A stretch of 64,000 bases of DNA from Negaprion brevirostris (lineage: Eukaryota), in NCBI GenBank assembly GCA_030324005.1, contig JARDVH010000115.1:36716794-36780793 (forward strand). The letters run 5' to 3'. The notes below the pieces were generated by a model. The model was not told the DNA's origin and did not search any database. It saw only the letters and a list, made by a program, of their open reading frames with translations. Below are positions 1 to 13,900 of this stretch, in pieces. Each line of letters starts with the position of its first letter. The stretch's first letter is position 1. A program made the position numbers and the translations under genes.

Positions 1-1125
1 AGGTTCACTCATCATTTATTGCTACTAGAAACACCAATGTCAGAATTTTCCCACATACCTCACAGCTAATAAGTTTTAAAATTGATTATTAGGAACATGG
101 TAGGGATTCTTTGGTAAATGCTTTTGCAACGTAACGTGGGCAGTTTGAAGTTGGCTAGTTTTAAGATTTGAAGTTCTGGTACATTAATGAATCTTCTTTG
201 TGGTATTGCCAGTATCAATGCTCAATACTTCTGAACTGGTGTTCAGAAGTATTTCCAGTTAGAATTATTATGGTGCAAGAAACTAGTGACCACTTCAATG
301 ACTACTATCTATTCTTTCCCCCCCGCCCGGATTTGTATTTGTACAAATGCTTAAACCAAATCTAAAAAAGTGATGCAAACATAACTCAGGGATTTATGAT
401 TTTCTTTATTTTTACTCACAGGATGTGGTCAGCATTTATTGCCCATGATAAGGTAATAGTGAGCTGTCTTCTTAAACCACTGCAGCCTATGTCTTTAATG
501 TGGTCACATCTTATGGTTTCTTAATTCATGTGTGTAAGTTCTGAGCATGTTTTGAGTTTAATTGTGAAAGGAGTCTGTTTTATCTTCATTTGGAGATTGT
601 TTGAAATGTGATCTGCGGCTTTGGATTGATTGAAGACACTGAATATGGCACTTGCCGGAAAAGGCTGATGTACATTTTGAAATCAGACAAACTGGATTAG
701 AAGGTTTTAAATTAAAAATGGAACTAACTGGTTATCTTTGTTGTAAACAAGCCACTGTTCCTCTCATTTGTCAGATAATGATGTCAGATATGTAAAGAAA
801 ATGAAAGAGAGCAAATATTGAAGAGTACAAGAGTGATCACGTGGTAGGATAAGAAGCAAGATACTTGTTTAGAAACTGTCTTGATTATCGTAGTACCAAA
901 GCTGTTGAATTACAAGGTTAAGAGAACTGAAAAGTTAACACATTAAAATTCACGAGGGGGAAGCAAGTGGAAGGAGGTTTGAAAGTTGAACAGTTTTACT
1001 AAGAACACTTGAAAATGACCTGTAGCTAGTCCGAACGTTTTTCTTTCTTTTTATAAAAACCTCTCAGCAACAACATCTGAAATTACACAGTATTGACCAC
1101 ATTGTTTTATAAAACCACCAGGGCT

Positions 1126-1131
1126 TTTATT
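1126..1131 (-). promoter_or_regulatory. Candidate DDHD1 polyadenylation signal AATAAA (alternatives at 1628-1633 and 405-410)
   Basis: tttatt on the plus strand, about 640 nt downstream of the stop, followed on the minus strand by GT/T-rich sequence; usage not demonstrable. Confidence 0.35.
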
Positions 1132-1770
1132 GACCTGAAAAAAAACACAAAGCACTGAGAAAATGAGAACGCAATGCCTCCTGCACTATACAATAGCACA
1201 GTGTAGCTTTCAGTGCTGGCAAAATTAAAAGATATATGAACTAGAACAAAAAAAGTGAAAAACATTAGTGATATTGTGTTAACAAAATTATAAGCACCAA
1301 ATATACATTTTATACTTCAAATGTGTAAACAGTTCATAGTTAGCCATATTGACTAGCTGTTAGATGAGGAGAGGTTGGAGATATAAAGTGCAAGCTTCAA
1401 GTCAACATTCATAGTGGGTTATACTCCTAGTACAAAACATTTTAAAGTATTTGTATATAGTTTGCACATTTGAAACATAAATTAAAAAGTTTTTAAAATT
1501 ATAAGTTCCAGCCTAGGTGTTAATTGCCATATATGTAAAGAAGTACTTTGCATTCCTATTATACAGTGAATAATGACAAACTGTTTAAGGGGTAGGAAAG
1601 GAAGATGGTTGACTCAAGTACAAGTACTTTATTTAGAAATAGGTTGATCATACTTCAGTATTCATTGTGGATTTAGAAAATAAATTAAAAAAACGCAAAC
1701 AAAATTGTGATTTCCTTAGTTTTTCATTGCACTTTAAGCAGCAGTACCAATAGTCTCTCTAAACAATTCT

Positions 1771-1976
1771 TCATTTGTATGCAGGATCTCCTGGCATTCT
1801 GGTGCTTTCCGATTGGTCTACACTCCCAGGTGGTCTCTGTGTGTACAAAAACGAGAGGAGGAAAAGAGCGACGTCTAGAGATGACCAATAAGAAGTGTGT
1901 GATGTTACGGCAGACCAATACCTGCTTTCTACAAGGCCCTCCCGCAGTTCAAAATCAAGGCGATGCTCTAACTCCA
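1771..1976 (-). CDS. DDHD1: DDHD1 last coding exon (VELEHRLDFELREGLVESRYWSAVTSHTSYWSSLDVALFLLSFLYTQ...PAYK*)
   Basis: ORF 1771..2109; tttttctctctgtttag|-type pyrimidine-rich acceptor; contains the His and last Asp of the DDHD signature; TGA at 1771-1773. Confidence 0.95.
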
Positions 1977-4900
1977 CTAAACAGAGAGAAAAGAAAATAG
2001 TCGATGCTTCAGAATTGGAATAGAAATTCAATAAAACAAATTTCACACAAAATTGACACAATTTTCTTACATGCGTAAGTTGCACATTACATGCCCATCT
2101 AGATCTCAACTATACCTTGCTGGACGAGAGGGATTAAAACCTAACTCACTGAAGACCAGCAAGCTGAATAACTGCATAAGTGATCTCCAAGAGCTGTCCG
2201 AACGCTTAGTTTACTGGAAGTCAGAAAAGACAGGCCTCAGCCAACTTTATATTGATATTGGGGCATTTTTCCATCAAGGTATTGTGAAACCCACTTCCTT
2301 TCAGCGCCTTCCATTAATTTTCAATCAGGAGTACAAGATAGAATAAATAAAGCAATAATTCTGCTTGTATTTTAAAAACTTCAGACAAGCAAAGCTCATT
2401 ATGTTACCCAACGTGGGTGATTCTCTTAAATGCAAGTTATCCTTCACGTACCAATGCCATTGATCGAGAGCAATACTTTGACAAACTGAGGCACATTAGG
2501 CAATATTACGGCAGACCAAGTGCTTGGTCAAAGAGTTAGGTTTTAAGAAACATCTTAAAGGGAGGGAGAGAGATAAACGGGCAGAGAGATTTAAAATAGG
2601 AATTCCTGAGCTTAAGGCCTAGGCAATTGAAGGAATGAGAGCAATTAAAACTAGGAGGTTCAAGATGCCTGGACTAGACAAGCACAGTACATTAGCAGAG
2701 AATGGGGACTGGACAAGAACAGAGAGATTGGAAGAAGGACAGGGATTATGTTGAAATCAAGGTTGAGAATTTTAAAATAAAGACATTGTTTAACCAGAAG
2801 CAATGTAGGTCAGCAAACATAGGGATGAAAAGTGAGGAAGTATACTGACAGCCGAGTTTTGAATTATCTCAATTTTACAGAAGAGTAGAATGTGGGCGGC
2901 CAGGCCAGCCAAGAGTGTACCAGAACTGACAAGTCTATAGGTGCCAAAAGCATGAATGACAACCCTTCTACACCCTACAAGATCCATGTTGGAAGGTCAG
3001 TTGAAAACGACCATTCAAATAAAGCTTNNNNNNNNNNNNNNNNNNNNNNNNNNNNNNNNNNNNNNNNNNNNNNNNNNNNNNNNNNNNNNNNNNNNNNNNN
3101 NNNNNNNNNNNNNNNNNNNNNNNNNNNCCCCAGACATTCTCTCTTACAGTTTCTTCCATCAGGAAAAAGATACACAAGTCTGAGATCATGTACCAACCAA
3201 CTCAAGAACAGCTTCTTCCCTGCTGCCAGCAGACCTTGCATGAAGTTGATCTCTATACCCTAGCTATGACTGTAACACTACATTCTGCACCCTCTCCTTT
3301 CCTTCTCTATGAATAGCATGCTTTGTCTATATAGTACTCAAGAAACAATACTTTTCTTTGTATACTAATACATGTGATAATAATAAATCAAATCAAATCA
3401 GAAGATATGTCGATCAGTATTCTCAGAAATAATGAAAGATTCCTCAATCACAAATACTATTTAAATGTTGCACTGTCGTCACTTTATTTTAAGACTTGAA
3501 CAAATCGTCTTTTCCTGATAATACTACAACCCTGGAACATTAGACATGTAAAATACCTCTCACATGTTTTGATAACATTAAAATATAGTTATTGAGAAAG
3601 CAAATCAATATGGAAATGAATGCCTGCACTTACCTGCGCAAAACCAATGATCCCATGTGCATCATCATTTGACTGGATGACGATAACTACTTGATCATGA
3701 GAACCAATCTCAGCTCCTCCTTTTGCATTTGTGAGCTTCACTGCAAAAATCTCATCATCCTCTGGCACATCATCATCAAGAATATTTATTGCTATCACAG
3801 CATCTTTATCCCCAGGTTCAAATATGAGTTCACCAGACCTATAGGTGACAATATAATGTTTACATTAATACTATGAGAAACATAGCAACTTATAGAATTT
3901 TTAAATACAACTCAATTGCATTTTTAAGTTGGTCCAAAGTAATTTGTTTCTTCTGAATTTGATTTGTACTGTACACATTTGTCCAATTTTATTCCACAAT
4001 ACATGATTTTTCACTTGATCTAACAGCAGATAAAAAAGTCTCACAACATCAAGCACCAACTGCTTTACTTGGAATCAAGACTTTCAGAACGCTGCTCCTT
4101 CATCAGGTGAGTGGAGAGGCAGGTTTCACAAACACAGCATATGTAGACAAAGACACAATTACAAGATAATGGTTGAAATGCAAATCTTTTCAGGTAATTA
4201 AGCTCATGATTCCAAATAAACTTGTTGGACTTCAACCTGGTGTTGTGAGACTTCTTACTGTGCTCATCCCAATCCAATGCCGGCATCTCCACATCAAGTG
4301 GAAAGGGTTTAAGCATGATTGATGACCTTAATCACAACCATTTTTTATTTCAAAGACTCAAGGTATGCTCATCAGCAGCGACATAACCAACAAAATGACC
4401 CTCAGGCAGATTACTTCTGAAGTACTGCTCGCCAATCGGTTCCTATTTCAGCCGTGTTACCTTAATTAACATTTTTCATGTCACTATTTAAATAAAATTG
4501 CTGTCATATTTTTAGTGATGTTGTTCAATTTTGTTAGTGTAGGCAATTTAGACAGATCAACTCTTTCATAGTAGCATTAAAAAAAAGTGCAGTTAACTAA
4601 CTATTCCCCATATTCAAGCAGGAGCCTGAAGGATCTAAATCCAGAGTGCATGTTGTTCAAGGAAAGATATTGAAAGACATGTACCAATGAGTTAATAAAC
4701 TAGGGATCATTTCAAACATCAAATGCTTGTTAAGCACTTGATGGGCTAAACCAGCACGTCACTCTTTGGAATGCTCAGAGCTCCCTAAGAATTGTCCTCC
4801 GGTTTTTCGAGAAGGGTAGCACTTACAGGTCAAATCTAAATATGGCAGCTTTCCCTTCAGTTCAGAGCAGAGTAGGTTTTGTTCTTCAAAGCAGTCCATC

Positions 4901-7900
4901 CCATTCTCAGTGTCATCACATTTTTATTTGATCACTGGCCAAACAGGCTAGCAGAAGAGAAGCATGCCACAGGTCAGCTTAGAAGGCTGTAGAGAAACAA
5001 GCCTATCACTGGAGGGGTTCATTCAGTTGGGATTTGGAGAACACAAAGTTACAGCTATTTCTTTTAGTTCACTATTACCATAGCATTAAAGCCCAGATTC
5101 AGCACGAGACCCGATTTAAACAAAATTATTTCTCCCGTATTCCTTGCAGATTGTCAACTTTGTGACTGCGATTTTCTGGCCCTGACACTGGCAGGCATCG
5201 CAACAGGCAGGATGGGAAAATTTGGAGAGCTGTTGACTTTTAATGGGTCTCCAAATTTTCCCGTTCATCCATGACGATGCCCGCCAGTGTCAGGGCCATA
5301 AAATCTCATCCATTGGGAAAACAGATTGAATAATTACAGTTTATCAAATACAATTCAAATTAAGGATAGACATTACTTACTTTGCAGGAAGTTTTAATAA
5401 GAACTTTCATATACTAACCTGTACCATACAAAAGACCAGAATTATTGCGTGACAGCACCCTTGGACTTTGCGGAGCTTCAGCTGCTCTCTTCTCTTCTAC
5501 GACTGTTTCTTCTTCAGCGTTGGAAGTGGAACGTGTGAATCTTGCAAACAGTATACCACCAATACCTTTTCCTATGTGTGCAGCTCCTAATGGGAAGGCA
5601 AAAATGAGAATTCAGATGGGAAAGTGTAATATTTATGAAAGATGTGTACAGTCTATAACACAAGCTTTTATTGCTCTTGGGAAACCACGCTCACCATTTT
5701 CAGTTGCATGTAAAATATTTAGTTGTTAGGCTTAAGCCTAACGTCATAGATTAAAAGGTTTTGAATTTGAAATGGCCGGTCTGCTCAACACTGAAAGCAT
5801 AACATATCAGAAACACTCAGTTTTGGCAGCATCTAGTGAGAGAAAAATAATTTGCGTTTCAAGTCAAATGGTCCAAAAAGAAGAAAGGCCATCAATGGGA
5901 AATGCTAACTCTGTTTTTCTCTCCACAGATGCTGCCTGAGCTGTTGAGTATTTCCAACATTTTCAGGTTTATTTTTTAATTTCAGGTTTTCAGCATCTGC
6001 AGGACTTTGCTTTTGTCTCCCTTCCAGATTCAAAACAGACAGAAGTCACATATATTGTAAATAATCCAGTTGAAGGGTGATATGGTCTGGCTTGATTTAA
6101 AAATTAAAAAAAAACAGGCCACAGATGGGAGGGCAGAGGCACTTCTTTCTCTACTATTTCTTCCAGTTCTTGATAAAAATGGAGAGGACTCTGTTGTAAT
6201 TCAACCAAATGCCAGTTTCCCAATACCAACACCCTTTATTGTGCACCAAAGGGCCGTGCCTGTAGCTTACAGCCAAGGGTCTTCACCTTGGGATCTACAA
6301 GGCTGGACCAAGTAAAGTTACAGGCTCAATAAAACTACTCATACTCCATGATGCCCATGGGAAAAACAATTGGTGATCCCTCATGGCCTTTGTGGCCATC
6401 ATAACATCAGCACCCGCAACCCCCAGTCCACGTCTCTTCCAGCACCCCCACTGCGAGATCTTTTCTGTTGCTTTCCACTCAGTCAGAGGTCTGTTGGTCA
6501 GCAGGGCTGGGTGAGGCAGTGTAAACCAAACAGGGGACCTTCTCTTTCGGAGGAAGCGCTGCATGGTTACTGATGCGGGTTCCTCCTTTGGTTCTGCTTC
6601 AGCCCAGAGGTCCACTTCATCAGCCTCTGTCTCTGAGTATGTACCTTCACACCCAAGGCTAGAAATGAGCACAGGTCCCTGGAGCTATGAAGCAGCAGTG
6701 CTAGCTTCTGTGCCACCTGAGAAGAGCTGGATGGATCGATAGTATCAGAAGCTTGATAGAGGGAGAAATAACAGTGGCACCAATAATTACAGTGGAGAGA
6801 GGCAATGCCTTCAGCCCACATGGATGATGGCTAATTCTGGATGGACCAGCAGAAGGTCCGTGGTCATGATATAAGATCAGTTCCTGTAATATAAATTCTG
6901 GCTTCAGATAATAATAGTACTGGGAAAAATTCTTATCCAGCAAGAACATTTGCTTGAAAAGAATATAAAATTCTTGGAACTGTCAATATTTGTATAACAA
7001 TTAAATGCTGAACTGGTTATGCAGTGCAGCAGTAAAACTTTTGATCAAGGCATTCCATAAAAAACAAAGTTTAAACATTCACTCCTTTAGTGGTCAGTAA
7101 GAATTCCGAGCTCAGTACTGCATTTAAGTTGCTGCTTCAAACACTGAGCCAGGTACTTTTCACACTGGGAGTAGGGCAGAGCATTACTAAATTTAATACC
7201 ACGAAGCGGGCTGCCAGCTGGGAGCTTAATACACTGCAAAATGCTTTTCTCATAATGAAGGATCAGAAATGTTAATCAATTCTCATTTCGGAGCACAGTT
7301 AAATATGATATGGTTTAATAGAATGAGCACTGACATTCCTAAACTTCCTGATCTCCATTCTTTTGGACTGAACTCACTTAAACAGACATCCATGTCTACA
7401 ATGCCACCTTGTGGACCAATAGTATCATGGGATCAGATCACTCAGGCATGAACACGAGAACCCAAGAATTAGGAGCAGTAGGCCATTCAGCTCCTTGTGT
7501 TTCTTCCGTCATTCAATAAGACAATGGTTGATCTGACTGCGGCCTCAACTTCACCTTTCTGCCTGTTCCCCATAACTCTGGGCTCCCCGTAGATCAAAAG
7601 TCTGTCTAACTCCACCTTTGACCACATTGTTGTGGGTCTGGAGGCACATGTAGGTTAGGCCAGGTAAGGACATTAGATTTCTTTCCATCAAGGATATTAA
7701 TAAGTCAGCTTGGGTGAGGAGCTCATTTCACCTTTAATCTCTGGTGCTAGACAGGAAATTTGAAAGGCTTCACCTGGCTCTTTCAATCATACATGTCCTT
7801 GTCCCTTCCCATCTACTCCAGTCCTATAACCAAAATGATCCTCCAAACTCTCCACCTCTTTCTTAACTTCATGCATAAGTTAAGAAACTCTTTTTTAACT

Positions 7901-10900
7901 TACAACGGTGATTGTGCTTTTTGATATCCAAGTACCAAGTTGTAAAATTATCTCCCTAAATCTCTGCTCCTCCAGCTGCTTTTGCTCAGCATCTATTTTG
8001 GTCTGATTAAATGTCTCCAAGCCATCTTGGGTTGTTTTCTATGTTTAAGCTGCTTTATAAATGAGTGTTCCTTTGGTAATGGAAAGAATCACAAAAAAAA
8101 TGAGAGATAGCAAAGCAATCTACAAATACGTCAAGAAGGAGGATTGCTAAATGTGAAAAGGAATCAAAGAGAGGACGGACACTATTACTGCAGCGCTTAA
8201 CCTGCACTATGAATTGGGATAGGAGATAAGATGCCCTCTAAAGTATATGTAGGCATGGATGTGCAGCAACCTGCAAGATACTGCTGTTCACAATTTGCTG
8301 TAGTTAAAAAATTGTATGCATGGCCATTAAAACAAATTTACAGATGCCACCTATTGAAATGAGCAGGTCACGTCCAACAAATAACAGATAGACAGAACGT
8401 TAGTAGAAAGTTACTCCTAAAATTGATTATTAGTGAGTAAAAAACAAAAAGCAGTACAGCACAGGAACAGGCCCTTCAGCCCACCAAGTCTGTGCTGACA
8501 CAAACGCCCCTCTAATATTTTCTTGCCTCTATGTGGTCCATATCCCTCTATCCCCTGCCTATTCATGTATCTATCTAGATGTCTCTTGAACTTATTATAG
8601 AATTTGCTTTCACCACCTCCTCTGGCAGCGCATTCCAGGCATTTACCATTCTCTGTGAAAAACTTTCCCACTTACATCTCTTTTAAACTTTCTCCTTCTC
8701 GCTTTCAACAAATGCCCTCGGGTAATTGACCCTTCAACCCTGGGAAAAAGACTCTGGCTATCCACTCTATCCAAGCCTGTCATAATCTTGTAGACTTCTT
8801 ATCAGATCCTCCCTCAAACTCCGATGCTCCAATGAAAACAATCTAAGTTTGTTCAACCTTTCTTCACAATCCACAAACCAGGCAACATCCTGGTAAATCT
8901 CTTCTACACCGTTTATAATAAATCAACATCCTCCCGGGAGCATGGTGACCAGAATTGTACACAATACTCCAAATGCAGCCTAACTGAAATCTTATACCAC
9001 TGCAACACGACTTTCCAATTCCTATACTCAATGCTCTGACCAATGAAGGCCAGCATGCCATATGCCTTTTTGACCACCTTATCCACTGGAGTTGCCACCT
9101 TCAGGGGACTCTGGATCTGCATGCCTAGATCCCTCTGTATGCTAATATCTCTAAGGGCTCTACCAATTACTATATATTTTCCTACTGCAGTAGACCTTCC
9201 AAGTCAGATCACCATACATTTGTCGTGTTAAATTCCATCTGCCATCTTTCGGCCCAGGTCTCCAGTTGATTTATATCCTGCTGTATCCTCTGATGATCCT
9301 CCTCACTATCTGCTACTCCCCCAATTTTTATATCATCTGCAAATTTACTAAATCAGACCACCTGCATTTTCCTCTAAATCATTTATATATATTACAAACA
9401 GCAGAGGCCCCAGCACTGAGTCTTGGGGAACACCGCTTATCACAGACCTCCAGTTAGAAAAGTACCCTTCCACTGCTACTCCCTGTTCGCTATGCCCAAG
9501 CCAGTTTTGTATCCATCTTACCGGCTCACCTTGGATCTCATGATTTCACCTTCTGGATCAGCCTGCCATGAGGAACCTTATCGATGGGAAATACCACGAG
9601 TTAAAGGAATGCATTGGAGTTTTCAAAGAAGGACAAAATGCCAGGATCTGATGAAATCTATCCAATGATCTGATGGGAATTAGAAAAGGAAATAGTGGAG
9701 CCACGAGAAAGTATGCTTCAGTATTCTATTGAAAGAAAATGTATATCAGTGAACTGGAGAGAAATTAATGTAATCTCCATTTTCAAAGAGGGACAGAGCT
9801 CCAAAAGATAATTACAGACCCATTAGTCTAACATTCATGGTGTGGAAAATGTTGGCATTTTTAGTTATAAAGATGAAATTGTGGAAAAAGATATGAAACA
9901 GTGTAATCAGAAGCTGTCAACATAGAGCGAGTGATGTTCAGAATTGAAAATAATACCAAAGTAGGAAGTTAAGTCAATTGATGGCCCAAGGAAGTTGCAA
10001 GGGAATATTGCCAAGATGATAGGATGATTGAACTTTCTATATTTTGGTTAAGCAAAATTTAAGATTTTAATTCAAATGAGAAAACTGGACATAGAAGAAC
10101 AGACAGATTTGAGAGTTTAGGTTTACCAATCATTTTCTCAACAGGTTAAAATTTAAACTAAGATAAACAGAAACCCTGGAGTTCTAGCAAGAGTTAAGGA
10201 ACACAAAAGTCAAGATATTAATGGCAAAATAAGACCATAGTTGGAGAGATTACTGCACAGAGAAAGGACACCAAGGCCACAGAGATAGTGCATTTTACTC
10301 AGGATGCTGCTTACGATGAAGTGGTAGTACAAAAGAAAGACCTGAAATAACTGAGGCTGTATTTGTTGGAACACTGCAAAACAGAGGCCACTTCATCAAC
10401 AAGAGACTTATATACTAAGTGGAACAGTCAGTCACCTTACATACTTCTCCTATTCAGATTGCAATTAAGAAAACAGTAGACTCAGTCTGTAGAGTGGGAA
10501 AGCATAAACTGGCACCAAGGGAAACAGTGCTACTAAAAAATAGTATCAGTGCACTGCATTTTATAGATAGAATTTATGGTAGCAGCGATATTGAAGTGTC
10601 TACAAACATTGTTTATGAGTAGCTTTGGAAAGGGATTTGAAAAGTGTCTTCAGGGAACTCTCAGTGCGTAACTGTGTCTTTTGAAAAAGATGTTCACAGG
10701 GCTACTTATGGAGCGACCTAGTCAGGTTTTTAAAATGAAATTTCTATGGGTCTGTGTGGCCAACTGTTGCCCCTTGCCTCCTTTACATGCTGCGGTGGAT
10801 TCTGTTCGATCACTTTGCCCCTCTCCTCTTTCACCTCCTCTACATCCATGAGTAGAACTCTTTAATAGGCAAAGCTGCAAACAAGCAGTGCACAACCTTT

Positions 10901-13900
10901 AATATTCTAGCTGGACTACATTATAGAGCTTCCTCTCCCCACAGCAAGCCTCAGAATAGACCTCAATGTCATTTGTCTGGTCTAAGGTCATTCTGTTGAT
11001 TGCTGGAGTTTATAAGTGGACCTGTCATAAGCCATTGTTGCTGACAGTACTGTTGGCCTCAATTTAGTAACTCCCAGGAATGTACATGTTTTGTTTTGTT
11101 ATAGAGCACCTTTCATGTCCCAAACCAATTAAGTTCTTTGAAGTGTAGTCACTGCTGTAATCTAGGAAACATAGCAGCCAACCGGGACACTGAGCTGTTA
11201 TAAAAGCAATGCGATAATGATCTGCTTTGGTGATGTTGATTGAGGATAAATATTGGTCAGGACACCAGGGCCAGGATCTTATGGCCCGCCCTGCCCTGTG
11301 GGATATTACAATCTCGCTGAAGAGAATTTCAATTGCCCACCAAATGGCCTGCAGGAAAGGTCTTGTGGCATAAATCTCAAATGAATTTTCTCAATTATTG
11401 TAGTCACTAAAGCCATGGCTCCTGGGACAAGTGGAGGTCCTATTACACTGGCTTATATATCCTGGTGTAAAATACCAGCAAGCTATGCCAAAAATGCTTG
11501 TGTTTCTGCCTGAACAACCGTATCTTCCTTCCTGGCCCAATCATTCTTTTCCAAAAATCATACGGGACTGGGTTTTTAAGCCCCTGAAGGGGGTGGAAAC
11601 AGGCAGGTGGGCCCAGGATTTTACATCACTGGGTGGGAAGCAGGGCTACCCACCTGAGTAGAGGGTAGCCTATTAAGCCACTTAAAGATCTTGAGGACCC
11701 TGCCTAGGTGAAGAATGCACCCTATTCCCTTCCCCCCATCCGCACAACGATGGTTTAATCTATATTCATCGTTAAATTTGAAAAGGTTAGAGACGATGCC
11801 TCCATCTTGGTGTGTCCTCTTCTTCACTGAACTGCAGCAGCATCCTGTTATTGCTTTCAAACTGGGGAGTGGATTGTCAGGCCCTGTTTTACAGCAGCAT
11901 GCACAATGTTTTACAGAAGACAAGCAATGAAAGTCACAAAACAGGATGTCTGAAATTAGTATCCAACTTCCTTGTTGCTTAGATTTGCTCTTCTGCCAGT
12001 TTATAGCAGAACATTTTCATGGATTGCACAACATGGAGTCCTTCCATTTTTCATTCCTGCTCTAATACCACAACTCAAATTTTAAAATCATGGTCAGAAT
12101 TATACCGAAACACACAGCCGATGGAATTTGTCAGCTGTACTATTAGAAAACACTGACTTTTTAAAATCACTCAATAGCAAATGCACCAATATACTTGCTG
12201 CTCAATGTTCTCATTCTTAAATGATATTCCAGCGTATAAGCAGGTTAATTTAGCCAATTTGCAAATCATTACAGTAAAAAAATCCATTTTGTAGTTGGGA
12301 TGTAGAAAAATTATCTTAGTCATTTTTAATGTTTACAATGCCCTATAATTTTATGATACAAATATATTGTATGCTAATAATAAATGCCTTTTAACATCCA
12401 CTAAAAGAATCACATTACTTCATTGCCCTCTCGAGTTATTTCAGACAGTTTAAAACAGATATATTTTTAACATCTCACCCATTATACTTGCTTTTCCTAG
12501 GCTGGTTATTGATTCCCCATAGTTTCGTCGAGGCATAACTGGTGAGGTACTTGGACTTGACATATTGTCCACTTCTGTATGTGAGGTAGATGCTGAGGGA
12601 GCCATTGACGGATTCATTGACTCTTTGGCAGGCTTGATATAGGTTGGCCTTAGGTCATCGTACTTTGTTAAGACAGCTGTGTTGTACCAATGGATTTGGA
12701 GGGGTGCAATATTACTGTAATGTTTCAGGATCAGAGGTTCTAGTCGATAGGCCTAAAAATAAATGAAGATTTCACACTTGTCAACTCTCTGACTCTCATC
12801 ATCTTTTAGTGCTTTGCACACTTAAAATGGGAAAACATTAGTGAGAAATTACTAAGCACGAGAACTAGAAATGAGAGTTGAGAAATGGATCAAGTATGAG
12901 ATTAAATAGAAACAACAGACACTTGTCATCACTACCTATCACAGAAACCACCGAAGCCAAAAAAGCTACTACTTAATTATATTTTATACTTCATGTTAAT
13001 CAAACTAAAGCATATTCATTCAACATATTTGATTTTTGAAATAAGCATGCCTTGCTTTTCATTCACCCATTGCCAATATTATCAATTTTTCCACTTCAGA
13101 TGCTGGGGCAAGGAGAGATGGAATACACCGCATTTTTCCTTTTCTTGTATTCAGCGGAAAGAAGAATAAGCGTGCCTGTCATTTCACTAAGAATCTCTAC
13201 TGACAGCAAAGAGGGACATTAATCTAACTTACATTGTAGCCCGGCTTATAAAAGTAAAATAAATGTTGAAATTGCTGCACCATCTGGGAGACAAAAGCTT
13301 CCACTTTGGTTTAACTTTTTAATGCAAATCAGAGTAAGTAATCAAGAAATGAAACGTTTGACATTTTTGGGCACGTTGTATAGTATTATACACATTCCTA
13401 GGTCAAATATTGGGGTGGCACTGCAAAAAGAAAAAAAAAATTGGGGTGGCACAGTAGCACAGTGGTTAGCACTGCTGCTTCACAGCTCTAGGGATCTGGA
13501 TTCGATTACCAGCTTGGATCACTGTGGAGTTTGCACATGCTCCTTGTGTCTGCGTGGGTTTCCTGCGGGTGCTCTGCTTTCCTCCCACAGCCCCAAGATG
13601 TGCAGGTTAGGTTGATCGGCCATGCTAAAATTGCCCCTTAGTGTCCTGAGATGCATAGGTTAGAGGGATTAGTGGGTAAGCGTGTCAGGATATTGGGGTA
13701 CGGCCAGGGTAGGGCCTGGGTAGGATTCTGGTTGGTGCAGACTCGATGGGTCGAATGGTCTCTTTCTGGGGGGCAGTTTAGAATGGAGTTGAGGAGGAAC
13801 TTCTTCACTCAAAGGGTGGTGAATCTCTGGAATTCTCTGCCCGNNNNNNNNNNNNNNNNNNNNNNNNNNNNNNNNNNNNNNNNNNNNNNNNNNNNNNNNN

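Noticed and set aside
8440-10700. Back-to-back CR1 fragments in opposite orientation, suggesting twin-priming inversion
   Set aside because: The two pieces cover overlapping parts of ORF2 and differ greatly in decay, so they are independent insertions.
13443-13520. tRNA-like sequences (A and B boxes) here and at the other SINE heads
   Set aside because: Each continues into a SINE body and tail, so they are not tRNA genes.
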